Source: an uncultured Thermodesulfobacteriaceae bacterium
Lineage (GTDB): Bacteria; Desulfobacterota; Dissulfuribacteria; Dissulfuribacterales; UBA3076
Direction of reading: 5' to 3'
Assembly: GCA_964585405.1 (NCBI GenBank)
Contig: CAZPDU010000240.1
Location: 1-62,576, forward strand
Length of the DNA stretch: 62,576 nucleotides
Shown here: positions 1 to 10,322 of the stretch, one piece after another
Layout: the number at the start of each line of letters is the position of its first letter
How positions within the stretch are numbered: position 1 is the first letter of the stretch
The notes under the pieces: generated by a model
Seen by the model: the letters and a program-made list of their open reading frames with translations, nothing else
Told to the model about the DNA's origin: nothing
The model's database searches: none
Position numbers and translations under genes: made by a program

Positions 1-2
1 GC

Positions 3-389
3 GTGCTTACTGGACTACTGGGTGCAGTGGCGGCTGTAAGCCTCCTGGTGGGCGGAATAGGTATTATGAATATTATGCTTGTATCGGTGACAGAAAGGAC
101 ACGGGAAATCGGAATCCGTCTGGCTGTCGGGGCCTTGGAGCGGGATGTATTGATGCAGTTTCTGGTGGAGGCCGTTGTTCTGTCATCCTGCGGTGGACTG
201 ATCGGCATCGTTGTTGGAATTGCCGCTGCTATGATAGGGGCACATTTTCTTTCCGTCCCCTTTGTGTTTAATCCGGGGATAGTACTGATCTCTTTTGTAT
301 TTTCTGGTGCTGTGGGTGTTGTATTTGGTTATTTCCCGGCCAGGCGAGCGGGGAGAATGGATCCCATAGAGGCATTGCGGCACGAATGA
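3..389 (+). CDS. ABC transporter permease, MacB/FtsX family (C-terminal part; 5' end outside window)
   Basis: ORF open to the window edge. It has hydrophobic helices and the conserved C-terminal tail [20 protein letters not shown] typical of MacB/LolE-type FtsX permeases. Confidence 0.8.
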   Translation: MLTGLLGAVAAVSLLVGGIGIMNIMLVSVTERTREIGIRLAVGALERDVLMQFLVEAVVLSSCGGLIGIVVGIAAAMIGAHFLSVPFVFNPGIVLISFVFSGAVGVVFGYFPARRAGRMDPIEALRHE

Positions 390-701
390 TCCCTTTTTTC
401 CAGATCTCAGCCGGAACTAATTCCCGGTCTGAAATTTCAATACAACCTCAATAAATTCCCCCTATTTTTTTACTGTTTTTTTCAGACTATTCGCTGAAGT
501 TTATCTGCACCTCGTTGTGTTGAAGGGCTATATACCAACATGTGTTTATTGAAGTGCCTTTAAAACAGGCAGAATTGTGACAGAATCCATTCAACTCATT
601 TTTACTTGCCTTCTATCTTGCATGATCAGGGAAAGAAAGGTAATCCTGAATCATTAACTTTGAACCTGTGAACAGTTACAAATATCTTCAGGGAGGTTTT
701 A

Positions 702-1571
702 ATGAAAGATATTAGATCAATCAGTCCCAGTACCCAGATTTGCGCTGTAATTGGCAATCCGATTGCGCACAGTCTTTCACCGGCTATTCACAATGCCGCT
801 TTTCTGGAACTCGACTTGGATTTCGTTTATGTGGCTTACCGGGTAGAGGATGTAAAAAATGCGTTGGCAGGTATGCGGGCGCTAAATAATTTTAGAGGCA
901 TGAGCGTAACTATTCCGCATAAGACTTCAATAATAAAATATATGGATGAAGTAACAGAGGTGGATCGTTCAATCGGTTCGATTAATACGGTTATTAATGA
1001 ACATGGCAAATTGCTTGGATTCGGCACGGATGGACCGGGTGCCTTGAAGGCCATTATTGATGCCGGAGTAGAGATTGGAGGGAAAAGGGTCCTGATGTTG
1101 GGCTCAGGCGGCGCGGCACGGGCGATTTCATTTACCCTGGCCCGAAATACCAGGCTGAAGGACTTGTCAATTTTGGACGTTAACGAAATTATGTTCCAGC
1201 AGTTGGCTGCTGATTTAAGGGCAGGTACTGATGCATTTATTAAATCTGAGTTGTTAACCGATAAATCTCTTGAAACAGCGATGGAAAAAGCTGATATAAT
1301 AATCCATTGTACGCCAGTTGGCATGCAGCCAAACAAGGATTCCTCCCTGATTCCCGCTGAACTTTTTCGACTCAATCAGGTTGTATTTGATGTTGTATAT
1401 ACGCCTCTTGAAACTAAACTTCTTGCCGAGGCAAGGTCATGCGGTCTTAAAGTGATTTCCGGAATTGATATGTTTATCAATCAGGCAGTGTTGCAATTTG
1501 AGCGTTTCACAGGCGTTGATGCACCAGTCGACGTTATGCGCCGGATAGTAATGGAGCGATTGGGATCATGA
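702..1571 (+). CDS. aroE: shikimate dehydrogenase
   Basis: 289 aa. Substrate motif GNPIAHSLSPAIHNAAF and NADP Rossmann motif GSGGAARA. SD GGGAGG upstream of the ATG. Confidence 0.9.
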   Translation: MKDIRSISPSTQICAVIGNPIAHSLSPAIHNAAFLELDLDFVYVAYRVEDVKNALAGMRALNNFRGMSVTIPHKTSIIKYMDEVTEVDRSIGSINTVINEHGKLLGFGTDGPGALKAIIDAGVEIGGKRVLMLGSGGAARAISFTLARNTRLKDLSILDVNEIMFQQLAADLRAGTDAFIKSELLTDKSLETAMEKADIIIHCTPVGMQPNKDSSLIPAELFRLNQVVFDVVYTPLETKLLAEARSCGLKVISGIDMFINQAVLQFERFTGVDAPVDVMRRIVMERLGS

Positions 1572-2089
1572 ATATAGTACTGATTGGTTATCGTGGAACC
1601 GGGAAAAGTGCAGTGGGAGAGATCCTTAGCGCAATCCTTGGGATGCGGTGTATAAGCATGGATGCGGAGATAGTGAAAAGGGCAGGCATGTCAATTCCGA
1701 AAATTGTGGAAAAATATGGTTGGCAGAAATTTAGAGACCTGGAGTCTGAACAGGCCCTGGAATTATCGAGGGCTGATAATATTGTAATTGATACTGGTGG
1801 CGGGGTTATTGAAACGCCGGAGAATATTGAGGCACTGAAAACAAACTCCTGCATATTTTGGTTGAAGGCCTCGGCGGATGAGATAGTTTCACGGATTCAG
1901 GGAGATACTGAACGGCCTTCTTTAACCCCTGGGAAAACCTTTATTCAGGAGGTGAGAGAAGTCTTGGAGCTAAGAATGCCAAAATACAAAAGTGCCGCTC
2001 AGTACGAAATTGATACAGACGGATTATCTCCGGAGCAAGTCGCAGACATGATTGTTAAAATCTGGAATGAGCTCAGCAAGCAAGGGTAA
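1568..2089 (+). CDS. aroK: shikimate kinase
   Basis: 173 aa with P-loop GYRGTGKS. The start overlaps the aroE stop (ATGA), which implies an operon. Confidence 0.9.
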   Translation: MNIVLIGYRGTGKSAVGEILSAILGMRCISMDAEIVKRAGMSIPKIVEKYGWQKFRDLESEQALELSRADNIVIDTGGGVIETPENIEALKTNSCIFWLKASADEIVSRIQGDTERPSLTPGKTFIQEVREVLELRMPKYKSAAQYEIDTDGLSPEQVADMIVKIWNELSKQG

Positions 2090-2411
2090 AAGAGGTATCA
2101 TGGGTCATCATAAAGAATTGAGACAAGCTGGCTTGGACTGTCGGACTGAATGTGATTATTAAATGGAAGGTTTGTGTTTTTATGCCGTACAGGATCCTTT
2201 TCACATTGATAAATTCTATTAAGGTTTAACAGATCTTTGTCGAGGGAGAGTTCAAAGATCGTCCTTTTTGGCGATGGTTCTTTTGGGTCCAAGCTCTTAA
2301 ATTATTGTGTATTTGAAGGCTTTTTGTTAAAAGTAGCCGATGTATTTTTGCCAACGAGTATGTATTATTCAATAAAAATTATTGTCTTGAGAATTTTGAG
2401 CAATTCAGAAT

Positions 2412-4448
2412 ATGACCAGTGAAAATCGAATAAGACAGATCCGCAATATAGGAATAATTGCCCACATAGATGCAGGGAAGACCACTCTTACTGAGCGTAT
2501 TCTGTTTTATACGGGCAAAACCCACAAGATGGGCGAAGTCCATGACGGTCAAGCTACTATGGACTGGATGCCCGAAGAACAGGAGAGGGGAATTACAATT
2601 ACCTCTGCGGTTACGACCTGTTACTGGTTGGGAAAAGAGATTCACATAATAGATACTCCGGGCCATGTGGATTTTACAATAGAGGTGGAGAGGTCCTTGA
2701 GGGTATTAGATGGCGCAGTTGGGGTTTTCTGCGCTGTTGGAGGAGTAGAACCACAGTCAGAGAAGGTGTGGCACCAGGCAGACAAATATAAGGTACCCAA
2801 GATCGCCTTTATAAATAAAATGGATCGGCTTGGCGCTGATTTTCCGGGCGTTGTTGAACAGATGAAAAAATTATTGGGAGTTTATCCACTTATTTTGACA
2901 CTGCCTGTTGGTTCTGAGGATTCTTTTCAGGGTGTATTTGATCTCATTAAAGAAAAAATGATTGTATGGGACGAAGCCACTCAGGGAATTGTGTTTAAAG
3001 AAAGTTCTATACCGGATGAATATAGACAAGAGGTGTCCGAGGCCAGGGAAAATCTGCTTGAGGCCCTTTCAGGCCTGGATGACGCCATAATGGAAAAGTA
3101 CTTGGAAGAAGAGCCTATAAATGATAATGAATTGCACGAAGCCATCAGGCGTGCGTGTGTTGGACTCCAGTGTGTGCCTGTTTATTGCGGTTCGGCACTG
3201 AAAAACAAGGGGGTACAGCCATTACTGGATGGCATAACCAGATATCTGCCCAGTCCTCTGGAAGTGCCGCCGGTAAAAGGCATAAACCCCGTTACAGACA
3301 CTGTTGAAAAACGTCTTAGCCAAGACAATGCTCCGCTCTCCGCCCTTGCTTTTAAGGTCCAGATGGACCAGGGGCGTAAGATGACCTATGTGCGTGTCTA
3401 TTCCGGAAAATTGGCAGCGGGAGATGAGGTCTGGAATCCTGGAAAAAAATATAAGGAAAAGGCGGCCAGGATCTTACAGATGCATGCCAACAAGAGAGAG
3501 CGGATCAAAGAGGCCGAAGCAGGTAACATAGTGGCTGTTATGGGTCTTAAACATACTTCAACGGGGGATACACTTTGTGATCAGAAATACCCTATACTCC
3601 TTGAGCCTATTGAGACATATCAACCTGTCATATCGGTCGCTGTAGAGCCTAAGACTATAGGGCAGCAAGAAAAGATAGATACGGCTTTAAGTAAGTTGTC
3701 TGAGGAAGATCCTACTTTCAAGGTGATGTTCGATGAAGAGACCGGCCAGACAATTATTTCCGGTATGGGAGAGCTTCACCTGGAAATACTTGTTCACAGG
3801 CTGCTGAGAGAATTTAATGCGGGCGTAACAGTCGGTAAACCTCAAGTGGTCTACAGGGAGACTGTTCAGAAGTGCGTGAATATAGAAGAGCGATTTGACA
3901 GGGAAATAGGCGGTGCACGCCAGACAGGCACTATAATCCTTCAGGTGTCTCCCAGAGAAAGGGGGCTTAATAATCGTGTGATCAGTGAGCTTGAGCCTGA
4001 ATGTCTGCCCGAGGGTTATGAGGCCCTGATTTTGGATACAATAACTCAAAGACTTGAAAGTGGTGTTTTAAAGGGTTTTCCCTTGATAGACGTTGAAGTA
4101 GTACTAAAAGGTGCTGTCTTTGAAGAAGGTCTTTCTACTGATGTATCTTTCAGGGCCGCAGCCTCTATAGGATTGCAACGGGCCTGTGAACAAGCCGATC
4201 CTGTGCTCCTTGAACCCATTATGAGTCTGGAAATCTTGATACCGGAATTATTTATGGGGGATGTAATCGGTGATTTAAACAGCCGTCATGGCAGGGTGGA
4301 ACGAATTGAGCCCAGAGGACCAATCCAGGTTGTTAAGGCAATCGCTCCGCTTTCCAGAATGTTCGGCTATTCTACAAAACTTCGGTCCATGACCCAGGGC
4401 AGAGGTACCTTCACTATGGTATTTTCTCATTATGATCCTGTTTCTTAA
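2412..4448 (+). CDS. fusA: elongation factor G family GTPase (probably a paralogue, since it is not in an str operon context)
   Basis: 678 aa. G1 [10 protein letters not shown]3 DTPGHVDF, G4 NKMD, and full five-domain length. Confidence 0.9.
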   Translation: MTSENRIRQIRNIGIIAHIDAGKTTLTERILFYTGKTHKMGEVHDGQATMDWMPEEQERGITITSAVTTCYWLGKEIHIIDTPGHVDFTIEVERSLRVLDGAVGVFCAVGGVEPQSEKVWHQADKYKVPKIAFINKMDRLGADFPGVVEQMKKLLGVYPLILTLPVGSEDSFQGVFDLIKEKMIVWDEATQGIVFKESSIPDEYRQEVSEARENLLEALSGLDDAIMEKYLEEEPINDNELHEAIRRACVGLQCVPVYCGSALKNKGVQPLLDGITRYLPSPLEVPPVKGINPVTDTVEKRLSQDNAPLSALAFKVQMDQGRKMTYVRVYSGKLAAGDEVWNPGKKYKEKAARILQMHANKRERIKEAEAGNIVAVMGLKHTSTGDTLCDQKYPILLEPIETYQPVISVAVEPKTIGQQEKIDTALSKLSEEDPTFKVMFDEETGQTIISGMGELHLEILVHRLLREFNAGVTVGKPQVVYRETVQKCVNIEERFDREIGGARQTGTIILQVSPRERGLNNRVISELEPECLPEGYEALILDTITQRLESGVLKGFPLIDVEVVLKGAVFEEGLSTDVSFRAAASIGLQRACEQADPVLLEPIMSLEILIPELFMGDVIGDLNSRHGRVERIEPRGPIQVVKAIAPLSRMFGYSTKLRSMTQGRGTFTMVFSHYDPVS

Positions 4449-4616
4449 TAATAAGTCTTTTCATGCCACAGCGCGCTTTTACCTGCTATAATGCAGTATA
4501 ATTGTCAGCATATCTTTTTTGTACTTTTCTTTTTTTGATTTGACAAGAAGCTTAAATAGTACAAATATTTATATGTATTTTTATTCACTTGTTAAATTAT
4601 TTGCGGGGGTGAAAAG

Positions 4617-5108
4617 ATGAAAAAGACGCGTATATTGAAGAATGAATGGCCGAGTTTTGTCAAAGATTTTAATGATCAAAATCAGTTTAGAAGGGCCACT
4701 CTGACCTTGGGAGAAGACACGGTCATTGGAGAACCCGGTTTGCCGCTAGTTGGATTGTCCTATGATGAAGAGGAAAGAAAATTAGATATCTATCTGGGAT
4801 GTACTGATACTAAAAATCTGGCACATTTAAGCCATAGTGTCGAAGTCCCCAGGGCCGTTTATCTTATCACTGACCAAGAGGCTCCTAATCCCGTAATCGG
4901 AGCGCAGATCCAGGGATCTCCGGGGACAGGAATGGCCTATTTGATTTTTAAAGATGAAAGGCCTGAAAATGTAAGATGCCAATGGATAGCGAACGTGGCT
5001 TATAGCCTTTTTGAAATAAGGGGTGGAAAAGTCCATGGCGAAGACCAGAAAGACTGGTACGAGGCCGAGAGGCTGGTAGATGAGACTGCTACACCTTTTG
5101 TGGGGTAA
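4617..5108 (+). CDS. hypothetical protein with a DUF2934-like C-terminus
   Basis: 163 aa with SD GGGGGTGA upstream. The C-terminal DQKDWYEAERLVDE resembles the DUF2934 signature. The N-terminal half (EWPSFVKDFNDQNQ...) resembles small DUF5335-type proteins. Both assignments are from memory only. Confidence 0.5.
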   Translation: MKKTRILKNEWPSFVKDFNDQNQFRRATLTLGEDTVIGEPGLPLVGLSYDEEERKLDIYLGCTDTKNLAHLSHSVEVPRAVYLITDQEAPNPVIGAQIQGSPGTGMAYLIFKDERPENVRCQWIANVAYSLFEIRGGKVHGEDQKDWYEAERLVDETATPFVG

Positions 5109-5131
5109 GTCTCTTCAGAAGCTAACAGATC

Positions 5132-6868
5132 ATGGGTTTTTTAAAAGACAGCTTCAAAGGGTCAGACACTGCGTTTGATAAAGCAAGACCGGCGGATGAG
5201 ACCTTGAAATGGGTTCGGAGCCGGTTTAGCAGAGTGGGAGTGCCTATTATCCAGAATACTGAACGTGTGGATAAGGGCAGGCTCGGTATACCGGTGTATG
5301 TGAGCAGATATAGTCCGTCCGTCATTCATCTGACCGGTACACCGATGCAGATGGGTAAAGGAGCTACTCCAGCCCAGGCAGAGGCAAGTGCCGTAATGGA
5401 GCTGGTAGAACGCTTCAGCCTCTTTAAGTTCGTAAAAGAAGGGGAACACCGTTTTTGCAGACGCACGGATTTTGAGGCGGGCACAGTCTCTTTGGAAGAC
5501 ATGCTTAGGGCCCTGCATCTTAAAGACCAAAATGAGGAGACTGTCTCGAAGGCCGGCAGCTTGATTGATACCTTGACATTTAATTGGGTAAGGGCCTATT
5601 GTCCTGCGGGTGAAGAAGAGTTTTGGCTCCCGTTATCGTGGTTTTGGCCATTAAACGAGTATAATGGTTCAGCCTCTGGAAATTCATTTGAAGAGGCGGC
5701 CGTACAGGCCCTTTCAGAGGTAGTTGAACGTCACGTTTGTTCCATTATTACCCATCAAAGACTATCTACTCCGACCATAGAACCTGATAGCATCAAGGAT
5801 CCCGTTGCCAGAGAACTTTTGGCAAAATTTCAGCGCCTGAATATAGAGCTTGTGCTGAAGGACTTTTCTTTGGATCTCGGCATCCCCACGGTTGGAGCCA
5901 TTGCGTGGGATCCATCGACTTTTCCCGCCAGTAGCGAGATAGTTTATACTGCAGGGACAGCACCTGATCCTCAGCGGGCCGTGATAAGGGCACTCACAGA
6001 AGTGGCACAGCTGGCGGGAGACTTTGATAGAGAAGGTAGGTATGTGGAGAGTGGACTTCCCAAGTTTTCGAGTCTGGACGAGGCTTCATATGTGCTTGAT
6101 AAAAATGTTCGGGTCTGTTTGGAATCAATGCCGAATTTTTGCTCAGAAAATTTCAGACTCGAGGTCGAAAGGCTATGCCGGGCACTGACTGACGTCGGCT
6201 TAAAGGCATATCTGGTTGATATCACACACTCTGAGTTGGGAGTTCCTGCAGTCTATGCGGTAGTATCCGGGAATCACTTCAGGGACCGAGCCAGAAATCT
6301 TGATGTGGCATTTCATTGTGCCCGACTAGTTGACTCCATTGAAAGCCCACAAAAGGCACTTTCTATCCTGAAGGCCATGGATGATCTTTATTCAGAACGT
6401 TACGATATAGCCTTTTATACGGGACATGCACATGAAAGGCTTGGAGATTATGCAGAGGCGCTAAAATGGTATGACAGGGCATTTATGCTTAATCCTTCAT
6501 CTGAAGAGGTGGCAAGCATTTATTGCCACCGTGGAGCGTGTTATAAGGAATTGGAGGATTTTAACAAGGCCATAGAGGAGCTTGTCCTTGCAAGAGATGC
6601 AAATCCGGAACTCAAAGAAATTTATAATCTTCTGGGATACTGCTTTTATCGTTTAGGAGAACATGTCAAGGCCATAGAGGCCTTTGAAGAGGCAATATCT
6701 ATCGACCCCGGATCTGCAATAGATTATGCCAATATAGCCAGCAACTTTCGAAAATTAGACATGAAGGATACGGCAATCAAGTGGTATGAGATGGCTCTTG
6801 AGTTAGATCCGGACCTCAGCTGGGCCAGAGATAAGATGAGGGAGCTCCAGTTTATCTCTCATGATTAA
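5132..6868 (+). CDS. YcaO-domain protein with C-terminal TPR repeats
   Basis: 578 aa. YcaO signatures GKGATPAQAEASAVMELVERFS and GNSFEEAAVQALSEVVERH. The last ~170 aa contain TPR-like repeats (YAEALKWYDRAFMLNP, HVKAIEAFEEAISIDP, AIKWYEMALELDP). The gene starts 24 nt after the upstream stop. Confidence 0.85.
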   Translation: MGFLKDSFKGSDTAFDKARPADETLKWVRSRFSRVGVPIIQNTERVDKGRLGIPVYVSRYSPSVIHLTGTPMQMGKGATPAQAEASAVMELVERFSLFKFVKEGEHRFCRRTDFEAGTVSLEDMLRALHLKDQNEETVSKAGSLIDTLTFNWVRAYCPAGEEEFWLPLSWFWPLNEYNGSASGNSFEEAAVQALSEVVERHVCSIITHQRLSTPTIEPDSIKDPVARELLAKFQRLNIELVLKDFSLDLGIPTVGAIAWDPSTFPASSEIVYTAGTAPDPQRAVIRALTEVAQLAGDFDREGRYVESGLPKFSSLDEASYVLDKNVRVCLESMPNFCSENFRLEVERLCRALTDVGLKAYLVDITHSELGVPAVYAVVSGNHFRDRARNLDVAFHCARLVDSIESPQKALSILKAMDDLYSERYDIAFYTGHAHERLGDYAEALKWYDRAFMLNPSSEEVASIYCHRGACYKELEDFNKAIEELVLARDANPELKEIYNLLGYCFYRLGEHVKAIEAFEEAISIDPGSAIDYANIASNFRKLDMKDTAIKWYEMALELDPDLSWARDKMRELQFISHD

Positions 6869-7169
6869 TGTTACCATCCAATATTTTATGGATTCGAGGC
6901 CTACCGAAGATCCAAGTTCTCAGAAAAACAGTTATTCAGCTGCCATTAACTACGAATTATATGGATATATTTAAATCTGGCAGATGTTGAAATGTGTTTT
7001 CAAGTTTAAGTATCTATTATCAAAAGAAAATATCACATATCAATTTTTTGGGAGAGAAGTTCGATTTTCTTGACAAAAAATTTATGTTATAGTATGCAGT
7101 CATTATTTCGAAGCATGGAGATGCCTTGCTGCTTGTAATCATGCAAACTAATTCTTTAAGGAGGACGAT

Positions 7170-7490
7170 ATGGCAGAACTTGAATTTGGAGGGGAGACAT
7201 TCGAGATTGACGAAGACGGTTTTCTTTTAGGGGGCATTGATGCCTGGAACCGGACATGGGTGGACTATGTGAAATCGACTGAGGGTATTGACGAATTAAC
7301 TGAAGAACACTGGAAGCTTGTAAATGTTCTACAGGACTACTACAAAAAGAACGGTATTGCACCCATGGTACGTATCCTCTCGAAGGCAACCGGTTTTCCC
7401 TTAAAGAAGGTCTATGAACTATTCCCATCCGGCCCAGGTAAGGGAGCCTGTAAGATGGCTGGCCTTCCGAAGCCGACTGGTTGTGTCTAG
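7170..7490 (+). CDS. dsrC: DsrC (dissimilatory sulfite reductase gamma subunit / TusE family sulfur carrier)
   Basis: 106 aa. The C-terminal arm GKGACKMAGLPKPTGCV has the penultimate Cys and a second Cys 11 positions upstream, as in true DsrC. Strong SD AAGGAGG, own TTGACA-type promoter region and own terminator. Confidence 0.85.
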   Translation: MAELEFGGETFEIDEDGFLLGGIDAWNRTWVDYVKSTEGIDELTEEHWKLVNVLQDYYKKNGIAPMVRILSKATGFPLKKVYELFPSGPGKGACKMAGLPKPTGCV

Positions 7491-7532
7491 GCATTTAATC
7501 CCTTCGCCGTAAGGCGATCCAGGCCGACTGAT

Positions 7533-7566
7533 AAGCCCTTACTTAATGGTGAGGGCTTTTTTTATT
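7533..7566 (+). terminator. rho-independent terminator after dsrC
   Basis: AAGCCCT / AGGGCTT stem with a 12-nt loop, followed by TTTTTTTATT. Confidence 0.6.
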
Positions 7567-7577
7567 GAGTTTTTCGA

Positions 7578-9287
7578 GTGTCTGACGTGTCAAATTATAT
7601 TGGTGAGACCCTTTACTTCTCCAGGATAGTCGTTTTTTTAATCTGTTGTGTACTTTTACAGGCTGTTTTAGTTTCTGCAAAGGTGCCTTGTGCCGTATGT
7701 TCATACGATCAAATGCTGAAAGACTTCGCTCCGCTGTCCACTCTGGTGGCTGAAGTATCGGAGTCTTCCCTGATATTGGACAAGGGGAACGTCCATGGTG
7801 TTAAGGTAGGGGATCTTTTTGAGGTGTATGGTAGAGGATCTCCGGTCCTCGATCCTGATGTAGGTGAGATAATCGGTTATATCAAGAGACCGCTGGCCAC
7901 TATTCGAGTAATCCAATCTGAAGATAGCAAGTGCATATGTGAAGTAGTAAAGGCCCAGGGACCTCTAAGTGTTGGACAACCAGCAATGCGCTATAGTGAT
8001 ATGGCAGCGGCCTTTGTGGACAGATCAGAACTCAGTTCGGGTGCGGAAGAGTTTCGCCATGACTTAGTACATGCCCTTCCGGGTCTTGTTTGGCTGGACC
8101 CATCTGATGTCCCTTCTGATGTGCTGGATGCCGAATCAATGAAGGCACTGGGAATTGTTTTGCTCTTTGCTTTAGAGCAGGACAGTTTAAAGGTCTATGG
8201 TCCTGAACTGGATCTATTACATGAGTATCCTGTTGTCAGGGCAAGGGGGCCGAAAAGGCAGAAGTACAACGCAGATATATTTGAAGGAATAGATTATATA
8301 GGAGATCAGCATGAGACTGAGAAACGAAAATTAAACACACACCCAGAGTCCTTTGATCTGGACAATGCACGTATTGTGGGACGTCTTCCGGAAAGCGCGA
8401 TTCAGATCGATATTCTTGACCTCAATGGAGACCAGGAACTCGAGATAGTTTACCTTTTGCCATCAGGTCTATATGTCAGTCGTTACGAAAGTCCAGGGGA
8501 GCTTGCTTATTATGGGCTAACTGGTCCTGGACGCCTGGTCAGTTTTTCTGCGGCAAACACAGATGGATGGATAGTTTTGAATGTCCTGCTTGATGGAGCA
8601 GGTCTGCGTTCAATTTTGTTAATTTATCAGGATTTTAAATTGAGCCTTGTTCAGGATGAAATTAATTTGTGGCTCGCATTTGTTGACATGGATGGGGACG
8701 GTGTAAAAGAGTCACTTCTGGGACAGGGTTTCGATGTTGATGTTATGTTCGGGGCAAAGGTCTATCTTATGGAGCCCCACTATGAGGGGCTCAATTACAG
8801 ACACCGAATAGTAAGTCCAAAGAATTTTTCTGTGATAAGGTCAAGCTGGTCAGACCTGAATGGAAACGGCGTGCCGGAGGTATGCATAATTGACTATAGC
8901 GGTAAACTCTGCATATATGAAATGGAGCAAATGCTATGGTCTTCCTCAAGTCCAGTTTCTCCGCAGTTGCCGGAAGGCGGGTTCCCAAAATGCTTTATTA
9001 CTACCGACTTGAATGTAAATGGTCTGCCGGAACTATTGTTTCCAGGGGTACCGGGAGAAAAGAGCACGCTGGTGGGTGACTGGCTGATGCTTGTCGGGTG
9101 GGAAGACGGAAGCTATGTCCTTAAATCAATGATGCAACCCGTTGAGGCAAGCATATGCGGCCTTGTTGTGATACAAGATCAATTGATAATAGGAATTGCT
9201 CGGCCGCCGCAACAGCCAGAGGAAAAAGGTGATAGTTTTTTGTATTCGTTTGGTCAATTCGGTGCAATTAATCATATATCCGATTAG
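7578..9287 (+). CDS. membrane-anchored protein with FG-GAP/VCBS-like Ca-binding repeats
   Basis: 569 aa with an N-terminal hydrophobic segment. Recurrent D-x-N/D-G-D/N motifs (DLNGDQELEIVY, DMDGDGVKESLL, DLNGNGVPEVCI, DLNVNGLPELLF). The GTG start is uncertain. Confidence 0.55.
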   Translation: MSDVSNYIGETLYFSRIVVFLICCVLLQAVLVSAKVPCAVCSYDQMLKDFAPLSTLVAEVSESSLILDKGNVHGVKVGDLFEVYGRGSPVLDPDVGEIIGYIKRPLATIRVIQSEDSKCICEVVKAQGPLSVGQPAMRYSDMAAAFVDRSELSSGAEEFRHDLVHALPGLVWLDPSDVPSDVLDAESMKALGIVLLFALEQDSLKVYGPELDLLHEYPVVRARGPKRQKYNADIFEGIDYIGDQHETEKRKLNTHPESFDLDNARIVGRLPESAIQIDILDLNGDQELEIVYLLPSGLYVSRYESPGELAYYGLTGPGRLVSFSAANTDGWIVLNVLLDGAGLRSILLIYQDFKLSLVQDEINLWLAFVDMDGDGVKESLLGQGFDVDVMFGAKVYLMEPHYEGLNYRHRIVSPKNFSVIRSSWSDLNGNGVPEVCIIDYSGKLCIYEMEQMLWSSSSPVSPQLPEGGFPKCFITTDLNVNGLPELLFPGVPGEKSTLVGDWLMLVGWEDGSYVLKSMMQPVEASICGLVVIQDQLIIGIARPPQQPEEKGDSFLYSFGQFGAINHISD

Positions 9288-9453
9288 GAAAAGGCGTATT
9301 GCAGGCAGCTTGGAACTGGCGCTTTTTGACACTTCTTGACATCTCGGCCTTTCGTAAGGTAGTGTTCTACCCAAATATGTCACTTAATTCTGGTTTTCCC
9401 AAATGGTGGAGAAAAGCACTTTTTTTATGTGATTTAGACCTCCCGGCTTAGGC

Positions 9454-9497
9454 ATGTTTTGATCAAAATGTAATGTTTTGAAATTATCTCAAAACAT
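9454..9497 (+). promoter_or_regulatory. cluster of ATGTTTTGA / TCAAAACAT half-sites upstream of aroA'
   Basis: ATGTTTTGATCAAAATGT at 9454-9471. A perfect 9-bp inverted repeat, ATGTTTTGA-N7-TCAAAACAT, at 9473-9497, about 12 nt upstream of the SD GGGGGAG. Confidence 0.4.
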
Positions 9498-9521
9498 AAA
9501 GAATAGTTAGGGGGAGAGGGC

Positions 9522-10322
9522 ATGATAGGCAAACAGATCAGGCTGGAAAGAATCATCAATCGCAACACAGGGAGGACAATAATCGTACCCATGGATCACG
9601 GCGTAAGCGTGGGGCCTATAGAGGGTGTGATTAATATGAAGACTACTATTGACAAAGTGGCAACAGGCGGTGCCAATGCCATCCTGATCCACAAGGGTAT
9701 TGTACGGGAGGGACATCGTGGAGAAGGAAAAGACGTAGGAATGATCGTACATCTCTCTGCGAGCACATCGCTTACCACAAGACCTAATAGAAAGACCTTG
9801 GTATGCAGTGTGGAAGAGGCCATAAAGTTGGGAGCTGATGGGGTATCTGTTCATGTAAACATAGGAAGCGGCATGGAGAGTGATATGCTTTATGATCTTG
9901 GGGCGATCTCCGAATCTGCTATGGAGTGGGGAATGCCGCTCCTTGCCATGGTCTATCCAAGGGGAGAAAAGATCAAAGATGAACATGATGTATCCGTAGT
10001 AAAACACGCAGCAAGGCTTGGGGCCGAACTAGGGGCTGATATTGTAAAAGTCAATTATACCGGAACCCCGGAGACCTTCAGAGAGGTTGTGGAGGGGTGT
10101 CCAGTACCGGTAGTGATAGCAGGTGGCCCCAAAATGGACTCAGACAGAGACGTTCTGACCATGGTAAAAGATGCTGTTGATGTGGGCGGAGCCGGGGTTT
10201 CCATTGGTCGTAACGTCTTTCAGCACAAGGATCCAACCAGGATAGTAAGGGCCTTTGATTTGATTATTCATCAAAATGCGTCAGTTGACGATGCTGTGGG
10301 TCTCTTAAGAGGAGAAGAATAA
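9522..10322 (+). CDS. aroA': 2-amino-3,7-dideoxy-D-threo-hept-6-ulosonate synthase (class I aldolase, archaeal AroA' type)
   Basis: 266 aa DhnA-type class I aldolase. N-terminus [25 protein letters not shown] and Lys region DIVKVNYTG. Directly coupled to a DHQ synthase II gene. Confidence 0.8.
   Translation: MIGKQIRLERIINRNTGRTIIVPMDHGVSVGPIEGVINMKTTIDKVATGGANAILIHKGIVREGHRGEGKDVGMIVHLSASTSLTTRPNRKTLVCSVEEAIKLGADGVSVHVNIGSGMESDMLYDLGAISESAMEWGMPLLAMVYPRGEKIKDEHDVSVVKHAARLGAELGADIVKVNYTGTPETFREVVEGCPVPVVIAGGPKMDSDRDVLTMVKDAVDVGGAGVSIGRNVFQHKDPTRIVRAFDLIIHQNASVDDAVGLLRGEE

Noticed and set aside
836-1375. A long antisense ORF inside aroE. The same applies to many similar shadow ORFs in the track, such as 2379..2666, 3687..4049, 5162..5530, 7156..7494, 9507..10007, 10264..10923, 22942..23331, 28039..28371, 37409..37975, 49706..50296, 50333..50884, 54968..55500, 58927..59478 and 62131..62433.
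   Set aside because: Each lies opposite to, or out of frame with, a gene whose product has clear family motifs. Their translations are low-complexity or Ser/Arg/Pro-rich and they have no SD context.
6888-6974. A 28-codon ORF (MDSRPTEDPSSQKNSYSAAINYELYGYI) just downstream of the YcaO gene, considered as a candidate RiPP precursor.
   Set aside because: It has no SD, no Cys/Ser/Thr-rich core typical of azoline or thioamide precursors, and it lies in the dsrC promoter region. It is worth a conservation check but is not supportable from sequence alone.
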